This document shows positions 5,729 through 15,086 of a DNA stretch of 22,200 nt, piece by piece (position 1 is the stretch's first letter; every line of letters begins with the position of its first letter). The position numbers were made by a program, and so were the translations under genes. The stretch is from a virus. Taxonomy: Duplodnaviria; Heunggongvirae; Uroviricota; Caudoviricetes. The notes under the pieces were generated by a model that saw nothing but the letters and a program-made list of their open reading frames with translations, was not told the DNA's origin and ran no database searches. The stretch spans positions 1 to 22,200 of the IMG/VR virus record IMGVR_UViG_3300037471_001733; one strand, 5' to 3'.

Positions 5729-7669
5729 TCAATAGATGGTGCGACTAAACTCGTATAGGTAGCCCGTGCCGCCGATCACGCGAAGCTCGCAGAGGAGCGA
5801 GCCAGGGCCGGAGAAGTTCGAAGCCAACTGCATGAACGGACCCTTCGTAAATGTCATGTTTGCGTTCGATGTAAAGAACGCGACGAGGCGCGGCACCTGA
5901 TCCGTCGCATTGATCGACGTCACGGAGACGGCCGACGTTGCAGACACGGTGAATTTCGACGACGCCGGGCTGAGCGTGAGCGCGCCACCGGACACGTTGC
6001 TCTGCGTGAGCGTGCTGCCGGAGTCGGCCAGGCTGATGTTGCTGGACGCCAGCATCGGATACTCGTTGAGCGCGTCCGTGAGCGGCGCGCAGCCGATCAT
6101 GCTGCCGGTGTGCAGGTACTCGACCTTCGCCGTATTGGCGCCACCGACCCACAGGCGCCGCGGGCGGAACGTGTTGCCGGACAGGTCCACGGCAGGGTTC
6201 GTGCCGGTGAGGCTGATGCCGCGGACGCCGGCCATCGTGCCGCCGCTGCCGGTGAAGTAGATGAAGTTCTCAGTTGCGACCTTGGAGAAGCCGGTGGCGT
6301 CGCTCGACGCTTTCAGGCGGATGCCGTACGAGTTCGCCGAGTCCAGTTGGATGTAGTTGCCGCGGTAGACGTTGCCGTACGTGTCATACGTGCTGTCGAT
6401 TGCAGTGAGCGGCGCAGCCGTATTCCCGAAGAAGAAACAGTCACGGACGCTAGTGCCCCAGCCTTTGTCGACTATGCAAGCATTCTCGACCGCTTCGAAA
6501 TAGCAGCCGTCGATCACGACTTTGCGCATGCCGTCGTTGACGAGGATGCCGTACGCAACGGTCGAGCACTCGCAGGACTCCATCATCGTGGACAGCGCGC
6601 CAATGCCCGTTCCTCCGGAGCCGAGGTTGAACCCGACGTTGAAGCCGCGCGCAGTGATCTTGCGCAGGTTCAGCAGGCCGCCGGTCTTCTCGGTGCCGCA
6701 GTCGACAGCAGTACCGGTGCGGGTGACGGGCGGGACGGCCACGAGTTGGTCATTCATCACGTGCGTCAGCTCGACCAAGCCACCATATGCCGAGTCGAAG
6801 CGGATGCCGGCGCCCGTGCCGTGCTGCCGAATCTCGCACTTCGAGATAACGGAGTAGTCTGAGAAACGATTGAAGTAGACGACTGGGTTCACCGTCGTCG
6901 CGTCAAAGCGAAGCTTCTCGATGTAGATGTGCGGGCACGACGATGAGTTGGTGACGTAGTTGTCGTAGCGCAGAGCCGGCGACGAGTCCGGGGACACGAT
7001 GACGGTGCCGCGGATTGCGCTGCCACCGAGGAATCCGTTGGGTGCGCCTTCGCCGAACAGGTGGAAGACGTAGCCACGATAGTCGAATCCAGGGCTCGCT
7101 TCAGGCAGAGCGATCTTGGCCTTGTAGCGCCCAGCCGGGAAGAAAAGCGACCGACCGCGCGCCCAGGCGTGGTTCATGGCCTTCTGAACACCAGCCGTCA
7201 CGTCCAGCGAAAGCGCGCCAGAGCGAACGTCCGCGCGCTCCTCTATCGTTAGAAAGTCAAGCACGCACACCGCATCAAGAGTTCGATCCTGAACGGTGCG
7301 CGGGACAGCATTCGCATCGTCAAAAACCGTGCCGATGAGGTTGGTGCCCTTGCCTGCTCCAGTGCCGGCGAGGAACTGCGCCAGCCCGGCCGCAGTCTCT
7401 CCAGGGATCAGCGTGTTGGCCTCTTGCACGAAGATCGGCAGTGCCTCGAATAGCGCGTCGGCCCGGTCGTTGAAGTTGGTCGGGTCGTTACGGGAGGGCG
7501 GATCAGGAAGCGGGGTGAAGCTCACGTAGAAAGCTCCTCTGTTAGAAGGCGACGGGGCCGGCGCAGGAGAAGGCGATGGCGAAGGAGACGGGGAAGGCGC
7601 TGCTGCTACAGCCGCATCCCCATCCGTGCCGATGACGAAGCCACCGACGTCAACGAATCCGATTTCCAT
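5729..7669 (-). CDS. Tailspike / tail fibre with pectate-lyase-like beta-helix (646 aa from ATG 7669; about 598 aa from GTG 7525)
   Basis: Anchor motif FTPLPDPPSRNDPTNFNDRADA. RTVQDR..AVCVLDF and DVTAGVQKAM..LFFPAGRY beta-helix cap. Many short beta-rung repeats with Asn/Cys ladders. Confidence 0.85.
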   Translation of the reverse strand: MEIGFVDVGGFVIGTDGDAAVAAAPSPSPSPSPSPAPAPSPSNRGAFYVSFTPLPDPPSRNDPTNFNDRADALFEALPIFVQEANTLIPGETAAGLAQFLAGTGAGKGTNLIGTVFDDANAVPRTVQDRTLDAVCVLDFLTIEERADVRSGALSLDVTAGVQKAMNHAWARGRSLFFPAGRYKAKIALPEASPGFDYRGYVFHLFGEGAPNGFLGGSAIRGTVIVSPDSSPALRYDNYVTNSSSCPHIYIEKLRFDATTVNPVVYFNRFSDYSVISKCEIRQHGTGAGIRFDSAYGGLVELTHVMNDQLVAVPPVTRTGTAVDCGTEKTGGLLNLRKITARGFNVGFNLGSGGTGIGALSTMMESCECSTVAYGILVNDGMRKVVIDGCYFEAVENACIVDKGWGTSVRDCFFFGNTAAPLTAIDSTYDTYGNVYRGNYIQLDSANSYGIRLKASSDATGFSKVATENFIYFTGSGGTMAGVRGISLTGTNPAVDLSGNTFRPRRLWVGGANTAKVEYLHTGSMIGCAPLTDALNEYPMLASSNISLADSGSTLTQSNVSGGALTLSPASSKFTVSATSAVSVTSINATDQVPRLVAFFTSNANMTFTKGPFMQLASNFSGPGSLLCELRVIGGTGYLYEFSRTIY

Positions 7670-7672
7670 ATG

Positions 7673-7697
7673 AAAAAAGCCGCCTCAAGGGCGGCTT
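7673..7697 (-). terminator. Intrinsic terminator-like hairpin
   Basis: Minus strand AAGCCGCC-CTTGA-GGCGGCTT followed by TTTT. Confidence 0.7.
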
Positions 7698-7721
7698 GCT
7701 GGGTTGCGTTGGAAACGGCTC

Positions 7722-8630
7722 TTAAACCAAGCCTTCGATTTCAAGGCTGCAGGTGCTCTTGGTGCGCCCAGGGATCGTGATCGACCAGTCCTTGTAGAAC
7801 CCGTAAATCACAAGACTCTCGTCATCAGGCGAGGCAATCCAGACGACAGGAGTAGCGCGAACATTGGTCAGGCGCTCAGCGGCCACATTGATGGATGCCG
7901 TATCTAGCAGCAGCGGCAAGGACATGCGCTTGTTGAAGGCGCGCTCCACAAGCGTGACGTTGCCGAAATCATCGCGATCCTTCTTGCTGTAGTCCGTGAT
8001 GCCGAAGCTGGTGTTCACAAGAACACGGCCAAGGTTGTAGATACGGCCGACGAGGCACGATCCAACCGAAATAGTCCCGCGCCCCCGAAAACTGAGGACA
8101 ACATCGGCGTTGCTATACGGCGGCAAGTCTCGGAGCACGAGAATCTTTCGACGCTTGATCGCGTCGAAGAAATAATCGAAGTAGTTGTCGACGTCTTCGA
8201 GGCTGCCAAGAGGATCGTAGGTCTTGCTGTAGACCGTCTTATCGTTGGCAACGACTTCCACGGTCAAGCCATCAACGTCTAGATCCAGCAACGCGATGCC
8301 TCGTATCAGTCCTGGACGAATGCGAACCGTGATCGTTGCATCTTCGGTCGGACTGGCCGCCGTGGCCGTTGTCTTGGTGCCGACGACCTTGTCAAACATG
8401 GCCCAGCGATTCGTAGGGCCGATGCGCGTCCAGTTGATTGCATCTTGCTCCGGTGGCGTCGACGAACTACCGGCGACGATGCGCTTGTAGACGCTATGCG
8501 TCGCCGATCTGACCACGAACTGGCCGACGGCATAGACGGCGCCAGCGAACCATTCGCCGTAGTCTGTTTCAGGCACGCTGCTGCTCACCAGCACCGCGTC
8601 AGTGATGCTGGTCGGTACGAGGTACTGCAT
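7722..8630 (-). CDS. Tail-tip structural protein, 302 aa
   Basis: Directly follows the tape measure. ITDAVLVSSSVPETDY.EW and W.RIGPTNRWAMFD motifs; KDRDDFGNVTLVERAF..R resembles distal-tail-type proteins. Confidence 0.7.
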   Translation of the reverse strand: MQYLVPTSITDAVLVSSSVPETDYGEWFAGAVYAVGQFVVRSATHSVYKRIVAGSSSTPPEQDAINWTRIGPTNRWAMFDKVVGTKTTATAASPTEDATITVRIRPGLIRGIALLDLDVDGLTVEVVANDKTVYSKTYDPLGSLEDVDNYFDYFFDAIKRRKILVLRDLPPYSNADVVLSFRGRGTISVGSCLVGRIYNLGRVLVNTSFGITDYSKKDRDDFGNVTLVERAFNKRMSLPLLLDTASINVAAERLTNVRATPVVWIASPDDESLVIYGFYKDWSITIPGRTKSTCSLEIEGLV

Positions 8631-8632
8631 GG

Positions 8633-11600
8633 TCAGTCTGCGGCTCGGGTTTGGATTGCGTCGCCTTCAGGCATGGCTCGCTCGATGAGCTTGGCCGTCT
8701 TCGCCGCGTGGATGGCATTGGCCCGAGCTGCTTCAATCAGGTCGGCGACCTGTTCGCGCAGTGCCGCGACTTCGGCTTCCAGCGCCGAGGTGTCCAGCAG
8801 CGACTGCGTCTGCTGGTTGTTGAAAATCCGGGACGGCGGCGTGTACTCCAACTCCGGCCCCGCTTCGCCGACAACACGCCAGCCGCCGACGTGATCGCCG
8901 CCAGTAGCGAAGCCGGGCACCTTCAGCGCCTTAAGCGTGCTGGTGAGGCTGGCCGCCAGCGATGCACGGATTGACGCCACCTCCGCAGCACTGCGAGCCG
9001 TGGCCGTCAGCGCTTCCTCTACCGCCTTGCTCAACCCAGGCAACTCTGACAACGCATCCTTGTCGCCGGCACGTGCCGCTGCGGTCTTGATGGCGAATTG
9101 CGCCTGTGTCGTTGCAGCGTCCTTGTCGGTCGCGCCTCGCAGGCGAGCAATCTCGTCAATGACCCCCTTGGCTTGGTTCTTCAACTCGTCTGCCGCGTCG
9201 GCAATCTCGCCGAATACCGGCGCGAGTTGCAGCAGCGACAGGTACATCTTGCGGCCCGCTTCGGTGTTGAGGTTTTGCGACTCCACCAGCTTTCGATAAG
9301 CGGCAGCGCTCGTCGGCACGGCGACGTTGATCTCCTTGAACGCCTGGGCCAGCACCTTCTGCCGCACGGCAAGCTGTTCGCTGTCGGTGTAGATCGCCTG
9401 GATGTAGCCCTGCACCAGGCTGGCTGCGTTTGAAGCACCACCAACGGCGCGCGTCAGTGCGATGAACTGATCTGTAGTGATGTTCAAGGCCGGCGCCAGC
9501 GCCTTCGACGCATCGCTGATGGCCTTGATTTCGGCCACGACCTGGTTGATCACGTCAATGCCAGCCGAGTCACCGACAGACTTCAGAATTTCGTCAGCCC
9601 AGCCAGGCAGGTCTGCGGCAATCAATGCGTCGCGCACGGTCTTGCCGGCCTGGGTGGCGAACTCCTCAAATCCCTTCTGCGGGTCGCTGTTGAAGTTGCG
9701 CGAGTCTAGGTTGGCCAGCACGCGGCCGTTTCTGCCGACGATGCGCAGGCCAGCCCAGGAGTCATCGTCGTTGTCGGACGCAAACTTGCCGGTGACCGTC
9801 GCAGCCCCGAGGCCGAACGAGGTCAGTGCAGCGCCGATAGTGGAGGCCACTCCAGTGACAAGCGATTGCACGCTCTTGTCGACGTCGGCGCTGCGGTCGC
9901 TGCGGAATGCACCACTCTCAAGGCCGAAGCCTGGGGTGTTCGCAGCGTTCGCCAGTCGGCCACCAGCCAGGAAGTCGGTGGAGACGGTAAAGGCGCCGCC
10001 GCGGTGCGGGGTGCCGCCACCACCGAAGGCGCTATCAAGTAGGCCGCCAATGGTTCCACCGATCATCCCGCCGATAGGGCCGAAGAACCACGTACCAACA
10101 CCCGTACCGATGGCCGAGCCCCATCTGCCCTGAGTAGCAGAGTAAAGCGCACTCGCATATCCAAGGCCGTTGCCGATATTGCCAATCGTGTTGGAGTTGT
10201 TGATCAGGAATTCACCGGTCCCGGTAAAGCCGTTGCTGATGGCCTGGAACCCAGCGCCTTCGACGGCACCAGAGAAGTTGCTAAGCCACGGCAGCGAGCC
10301 GAGGCTGCGGCTCATGTTGGCAAAGCTGGCGATGTTTCCTGCCGTACCTAACAGGGATGAGCCACCACCACCGTCAGAACCATTGCTGCCACCGAACAGC
10401 GCGCCGGCAATAGCGCCGGTCACGGGCTGCATAACGGCCTGGATGACCGGCCTGAGCACCATGCTGCGGAACAGGCCCTTGATGTAGTCGGCGCCGGACT
10501 TGCCGCCTTCCATCAGTGCATTGGTAAGCGCCTGGCTGACCTGGTCGGTGGTCTTTTCCCACTCAGACAGGAATACCCTGCTCTGCACCTGCTGCGCCTG
10601 AAGCTCGGCGTTCTCAATGGCCTGCGTCTCTTGCACAGAGTTCGCGCCGAACTTGCTGCGAATCTCCTGCAACTGCTTTTCCAGGGCGATCTGGATCTTC
10701 AGTTTCTCGGATGCAACCTGCCGCGCTTCAGCGGAAGCAAACAACATCGAAGCCTGGAGGTCGAGCACACGGTTCTCGTCCTTGATGGCTTGAAGGTCTG
10801 CCAACTGCTGGTTGAAGTACTCGCGGCGCGCGTCAGAGTCGGCGGTGTTGGCCTTGATGATGTCGTTCTGATATTCCTCGTACTGCGCCGCGAGGACAGC
10901 CTTTACGGCCTTCTCTCGCTCGTAGTCGAGCCTTATCAGTTCGTTCTTACCTTTGATGGACCGCGTGGTGATCTGGTCCTCAATCTCGGCGGCTTGGCGC
11001 GTCAGAGCAGCGGCTTCGCCCGTCGCATCCTTCTTCTTGGCAACAAGCGCGGCCTCCTTGAGCAGCGCATCGCGGCGCGTTTCCAGCGCACGCAGATCCA
11101 GGCGCGTGTTTTCCTCAATCGATTCACGCTCGCTGAGTTGGCCAGTGGCGCGCCGCAGGGCAACGTCCTCCTGCGAGCGCTTGATGACCTCCAGCTTTTC
11201 CTTTTCTGCCTGCTTGACGGCTTCGACCTGGGCGCGAGTTGCGTCATTGAAAGCGGTCTGCGCGCCGCTGTTGGACTCCTTGAACCTGTCGCGGAGTTGG
11301 TCATATGTCTGCTGGTAATTCTTCAGCAGTTCATCGCGCACTTTCGGATCGGTCAGCGGATTGGCAATTGCCTTGGCGATCGGACCCATGGTGTCCCGGA
11401 TCGCCTTGTTGAGCTGATCAGTCTTGGAGAGGTTCTTGTTCTGCAGGTCAATGGCCGCAGCAGCATCCTTTTCTGCCTGCGCACGGTTGGCTGCTGAGGT
11501 GGCGCGCTGGGCTTCTTCATCCGCAGCAATGGCAAGCGCAGCCTCCTGACGCTTCAAGTCCGGTAGTTGTGCGCGTGCTTCGGCATTGCCGCCAAAGCGA

Positions 11601-13744
11601 CTCGGATTGAATGGCTGTGACGTGGCATTGCTGATCTGCTGGCGGACGGTATCCAGCATTTCCTCGGTCGTCTGCACGCGCCCGATGCGCAGCACGAAGT
11701 CAATGCCTTCGCTACCCTTTCGCTTGAGCGTGTCCCACCAGCGCTCCAGGGTGCCGAAGTGCTGCGCTGCGTCCTGCAGCCGCGTGTTCAACGCGTCGAA
11801 TGTCTTGGCCAAGGCCTCCTGCGTGCGACCCTGGTCCTCCATCGCTTTGATCTGCTGGAGTTGGGCTGCCGTCAGGAAGTTGTACTGCTTGTTCAGCTCA
11901 GCGGCAAACTTCGCCGGTGCTTCGGCCGCGCCCGCAAAGCGCTTGGCCACAGCATCTGCGCCCTCGCCAGTGACCTTGCTGAAAAGCTGCGCGGCACTGG
12001 CGGCCGATTGAAGCGTTTGCCCCGTGAGTTGGCCGCTGGCAACTAGGGCTTGCAGAGTCCCGCGCGTGCTGCCTATCGTCGTCTCGGTCGCTTCCGAGAT
12101 CGACCGGGCCATAGCGTTGTACTGGCCTTCGGTAAGTCCAGCAGCATTCCCGGTGAGAGTAATAGTTCTCGCGAACTCAGCACTTTGGGCCGAGCCCTTC
12201 GCATATGCTGCAGTCAAGCCGGCGACCGCCGCAGTAGCCAAGACCACCGGGTTGGTCAAAAGGCTGAGAAATCCAGCCGCAAGCCCCTTCAGCGCGCCGC
12301 CTACGCTGCCGAAGATGTCGCGCAACTGGCCGCCTTGCTGGATCAAGATGGTGAACGGGTCCGTTCCCATCTGCAGTTGGGTGATGATGTCCGTGATCTG
12401 AGGAGCCACCAGCGCCATCTGCTGCGCGGCCAGACGGCTTTCCTTGCCGACGCCGGTGAAGCCCTTTTCTGCCTTGGCGAGCGCATCCAGCAGCGGTTTC
12501 GCTTCATTGGTCACGCCGAGCATGGCGGCGCGCTGCGCAAGCAGGTCGTAGGTACTCTTGGTTCCTAGGTCAAGTCGCTGCCGCAGTCCCTTGATGAATT
12601 CTTCGCCCTTCGCCGCCTGTGCGGCGTCAATCTGGGCCTGCTTCAGTGCTTGGAACTTCTGGATCTGTGCTTCGGCAGCAGCCCCGACGCCGGCCAAGCT
12701 GGCCTGAAGGCGCTTCTCAGCCACCTCCATCTGCAGCAGTTCAGACGCATTCTTGTTGGCGGCAACAGCTTGCCGCTCCAACGCCGCGACCTGGGAATCC
12801 AGGGTGACCTGGAACGCCTGCCCCGATTTCGCCTGGGCTGCGTCAATCTGCGCTTGCTTGAGAGCCTGGTACTTCTGGATCTGCGCCTCAGCCGCCGCGC
12901 CAGCCCCTACAAGGGCGGCCTCCTGACGCTTCTCGGCCACCTCCAGCGCCAGCAACTCCGTCGCCGACAGCTTGGCGGCAGACGCTTGCTTTTGCAGGGC
13001 TGCGACTTGCGCGTCAATCGAGGACTGGAAGTCATCCGCGCCCTTAATCTTCGATGCACCAGATAGCGTCGCCTGCTGGATGGCCGCCACTTGTGCTTGA
13101 GCTTGCGCAAAAGCCTGCTGGGCAGATGCCAGTGCAGTAGCAGCGGCATCCTTGCCGGAACCGCTCCTGTGCGCCGCAGCCACGGCATCAATCGCCTTGA
13201 CCAACTCCCTTTGCGCTTCGACCAGCCGTTGCGTGGCCTGAGTCTGAGAGTTGCGCTGCGCAGTCAGAAAATCCTGTGCTGCTTGGCGTTGATCTTGACT
13301 GCGCAGTCCGGCCAACTCGCGCTCAGCCGTCGCCAACTGCTTGGCAGTTGACTCCAAGGTCTGCTGAGCGCGGGCGGCAGAGTTCCCGCCAGCCTCTATC
13401 TGCCGGAGCGCATCAATCCACGGCTTCAGAGCCGCAGCATTCAAGCCACGCGCGGCACCAAGTCGCTCGGCCAGGTCAGCCTCAAGGCTGCCCTTCATGC
13501 CGTTGCTGATCTCGGCCATGGACCGCTTGATGCGCGACACAAGGCTGGCGGTGGATGCGTCCAGATTGGCGCTGGCCTTGCCGCCGGCTTCGCCAATCTG
13601 TCTGAGTCCGGCCGCACTGGCATCGCCAGCCTCTTTGGCGGCTTGGCCAAGCGAGGCCAGATCGCGCTTCATGGCGTTGATGGCGCCTCCAACGCCATCA
13701 GCCGAGACGCCAAACTCCAACTGGCCTTTCAGTTCACCCGCCAT
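8633..13744 (-). CDS. Tape measure protein, 1703 aa
   Basis: Long Ala/Gln-rich helical ORF after the chaperones. QITDIITQL..G..PFTILIQQGGQLRDIFG motif, TLTGNAAGLT motif, Gly-rich hydrophobic segment, C-terminal GFATGGDHVGGWRVVGEAGPEL. Confidence 0.95.
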   Translation of the reverse strand: MAGELKGQLEFGVSADGVGGAINAMKRDLASLGQAAKEAGDASAAGLRQIGEAGGKASANLDASTASLVSRIKRSMAEISNGMKGSLEADLAERLGAARGLNAAALKPWIDALRQIEAGGNSAARAQQTLESTAKQLATAERELAGLRSQDQRQAAQDFLTAQRNSQTQATQRLVEAQRELVKAIDAVAAAHRSGSGKDAAATALASAQQAFAQAQAQVAAIQQATLSGASKIKGADDFQSSIDAQVAALQKQASAAKLSATELLALEVAEKRQEAALVGAGAAAEAQIQKYQALKQAQIDAAQAKSGQAFQVTLDSQVAALERQAVAANKNASELLQMEVAEKRLQASLAGVGAAAEAQIQKFQALKQAQIDAAQAAKGEEFIKGLRQRLDLGTKSTYDLLAQRAAMLGVTNEAKPLLDALAKAEKGFTGVGKESRLAAQQMALVAPQITDIITQLQMGTDPFTILIQQGGQLRDIFGSVGGALKGLAAGFLSLLTNPVVLATAAVAGLTAAYAKGSAQSAEFARTITLTGNAAGLTEGQYNAMARSISEATETTIGSTRGTLQALVASGQLTGQTLQSAASAAQLFSKVTGEGADAVAKRFAGAAEAPAKFAAELNKQYNFLTAAQLQQIKAMEDQGRTQEALAKTFDALNTRLQDAAQHFGTLERWWDTLKRKGSEGIDFVLRIGRVQTTEEMLDTVRQQISNATSQPFNPSRFGGNAEARAQLPDLKRQEAALAIAADEEAQRATSAANRAQAEKDAAAAIDLQNKNLSKTDQLNKAIRDTMGPIAKAIANPLTDPKVRDELLKNYQQTYDQLRDRFKESNSGAQTAFNDATRAQVEAVKQAEKEKLEVIKRSQEDVALRRATGQLSERESIEENTRLDLRALETRRDALLKEAALVAKKKDATGEAAALTRQAAEIEDQITTRSIKGKNELIRLDYEREKAVKAVLAAQYEEYQNDIIKANTADSDARREYFNQQLADLQAIKDENRVLDLQASMLFASAEARQVASEKLKIQIALEKQLQEIRSKFGANSVQETQAIENAELQAQQVQSRVFLSEWEKTTDQVSQALTNALMEGGKSGADYIKGLFRSMVLRPVIQAVMQPVTGAIAGALFGGSNGSDGGGGSSLLGTAGNIASFANMSRSLGSLPWLSNFSGAVEGAGFQAISNGFTGTGEFLINNSNTIGNIGNGLGYASALYSATQGRWGSAIGTGVGTWFFGPIGGMIGGTIGGLLDSAFGGGGTPHRGGAFTVSTDFLAGGRLANAANTPGFGLESGAFRSDRSADVDKSVQSLVTGVASTIGAALTSFGLGAATVTGKFASDNDDDSWAGLRIVGRNGRVLANLDSRNFNSDPQKGFEEFATQAGKTVRDALIAADLPGWADEILKSVGDSAGIDVINQVVAEIKAISDASKALAPALNITTDQFIALTRAVGGASNAASLVQGYIQAIYTDSEQLAVRQKVLAQAFKEINVAVPTSAAAYRKLVESQNLNTEAGRKMYLSLLQLAPVFGEIADAADELKNQAKGVIDEIARLRGATDKDAATTQAQFAIKTAAARAGDKDALSELPGLSKAVEEALTATARSAAEVASIRASLAASLTSTLKALKVPGFATGGDHVGGWRVVGEAGPELEYTPPSRIFNNQQTQSLLDTSALEAEVAALREQVADLIEAARANAIHAAKTAKLIERAMPEGDAIQTRAAD
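12624..13032 (-). repeat. Tandem 216-bp (72-aa) internal duplication in the tape measure gene
   Basis: gcgtcaatctg at 12624 and 12840. Protein units ...EVAEKRQEAALVGAGAAAEAQIQKYQALKQAQIDAAQ and ...EVAEKRLQASLAGVGAAAEAQIQKFQALKQAQIDAAQ. Confidence 0.85.
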
Positions 13745-13747
13745 CAG

Positions 13748-15066
13748 AAATCTCCGAGGAACTTCCCATTAACGGGGAGGAGGTAACGAGTGCGCCCGCA
13801 GGGCGCAGGATATTCGGTTGACTTACGAACAATTCCAGACTTTTACACGCTTCGCGTGTATCGTCTGAGCCATGGAAATCAAGCGTGCCTTCCGCTTCCG
13901 CTGCTATCCGTCGCCGGATCAGCAGGTGGTGCTGGCGCGCACGTTCGGCTGCGCTCGATTCGTCTACAACCACATGCTGCGGCTTCGCACCGATGCGTGG
14001 TTCCAGAAGCAGGAACGGGTTGGGTATCACGAAACCTCCGCTGCGCTCACGGCGCTGAAGAAGCAGCCGGAACTGGAGTGGTTGAACGAGGCAAGTTCGG
14101 TGCCGCTGCAGCAGTCGCTGCGGCACTTGCAGACTGCGTTCACCAACTTCTTCGCCAAGCGGGCGGCATACCCGTCGTTCAAGTCCAAGCACGACAAGCA
14201 GGCGGCTGAGTACACGACCAGCGCCTTCAAGTGGGACGGCAAGGCGCTGAAGCTGGCGAAGATGGACACACCGTTGCCAATTCGCTTCTCGCGCACGATC
14301 CCGAAAGCGGCCAAGGTCACGACTGTGACGGTCAGCCGCGATGCGGCGGGCCGGTACTTCGTGTCCATGCTCTGCGACGACGCGGTGGAAGCACTGCCAG
14401 CTGCCGAGTCCAAGGTCGGCATCGACCTGGGGCTCACGCACTTCGCCATCCTCTCCAGTGGCGAGAAGATCGACGCACCGAATGCCTTCCGCAAGAACGA
14501 AGCGAAGCTCGTCAAGCTGCAGCGCAGACTGGCGAAGAAGGTCAAGGGCTCCAAGAACCGCGCGAAAGCACGGCTCAAGGTAGCCAGGGCACACGCCCAC
14601 ATTGCCGACGCCCGCAGGGACTTCCTGCACAAGCTCTCGACAAGGCTGATACGCGAGAACCAAGTGATCGCCGTCGAGACGCTGGCCGTCAGCAATATGA
14701 AGAAGAACCGGTCCCTGTCCAAGTCCATCTCGGATGCGGGCTGGGCCGAGTTCCTGCGCCAGTTGGAATACAAGGCGCAGTGGTACGGGCGCACGCTGGT
14801 CGGCATCGACCGGTGGTTTCCTTCAAGCAAGCGATGCAGCGACTGCGGGCATACCGCAGCCAAGATGCCGTTGAAGGTGCGCGAGTGGACCTGCCCCGAG
14901 TGCGGCAGCATCCACGACCGCGACGTCAACGCTGCGCGCAACGTTTTGGCCGCCGGACTGGCGGTGTCAGCCCATGGAGAAGCGGTAAGTCCTGTCTGCA
15001 TTTGATGCTGGTGGGCTCGGTTCTGCGAAGTGGGAATCCCCGTCCTTCAGGGCGGTGAGCGGTCAA
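13748..15066 (+). mobile_element. IS200/IS605-family element, tnpB-only (IS1341-type), 1319 bp
   Basis: Right end GAAT-CCCCGTCC-TTCA-GGGCGGTG-AGCGG-TCAA (15034-15066). Left flank TCAG (13744-13747) followed by GAAC and a shortened hairpin (13759-13779). No TSD and no tnpA. The empty site reconstitutes a TGATG gene overlap. Confidence 0.88.
13872..15005 (+). CDS. tnpB: RNA-guided nuclease TnpB (IS609/InsQ-like), 377 aa
   Basis: KRAFRFRCYP..Q...LARTFGCARFVYN HTH. RuvC motifs VGIDLG, IAVETL and HDRDVNAA are intact. CSDCG/CPECG Zn ribbon. Confidence 0.96.
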   Translation: MEIKRAFRFRCYPSPDQQVVLARTFGCARFVYNHMLRLRTDAWFQKQERVGYHETSAALTALKKQPELEWLNEASSVPLQQSLRHLQTAFTNFFAKRAAYPSFKSKHDKQAAEYTTSAFKWDGKALKLAKMDTPLPIRFSRTIPKAAKVTTVTVSRDAAGRYFVSMLCDDAVEALPAAESKVGIDLGLTHFAILSSGEKIDAPNAFRKNEAKLVKLQRRLAKKVKGSKNRAKARLKVARAHAHIADARRDFLHKLSTRLIRENQVIAVETLAVSNMKKNRSLSKSISDAGWAEFLRQLEYKAQWYGRTLVGIDRWFPSSKRCSDCGHTAAKMPLKVREWTCPECGSIHDRDVNAARNVLAAGLAVSAHGEAVSPVCI

Positions 15067-15086
15067 TCCTGGTGCTCACGCATGGC
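14930..15086 (+). ncRNA. Putative omegaRNA of the IS1341-type TnpB; guide begins at 15067 (TCCTGGTGCTCACGCATGGC). 5' boundary approximate
   Basis: Established TnpB architecture plus a recognisable right-end hairpin ending in TCAA at 15066. Confidence 0.55.

Noticed and set aside
7541-7600. Alternative-frame hydrophobic peptide (FPVSFAIAFSCAGPVAF*) over the PS repeat
   Set aside because: It is an automatic by-product of CCN-TCN codons read out of frame; no start signal.
8651-13772. Numerous plus-strand ORFs (up to 288 aa) opposite the tape measure gene, and similar long antisense ORFs at 4302-5258 and 18975-20618
   Set aside because: Typical shadow ORFs of high-GC coding DNA, with no recognisable motifs or start signals.
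13790-14209. Possible tnpA remnant or ORF upstream of the second tnpB
   Set aside because: No HUH/Y1 motif in any frame, and only 124 bp separate the left end from tnpB.
2924-15005. Either TnpB being a nuclease-dead TldR-type regulator or Cas12 with an array
   Set aside because: All RuvC D/E/D residues are present, transposon ends are visible, and no CRISPR repeats were found.
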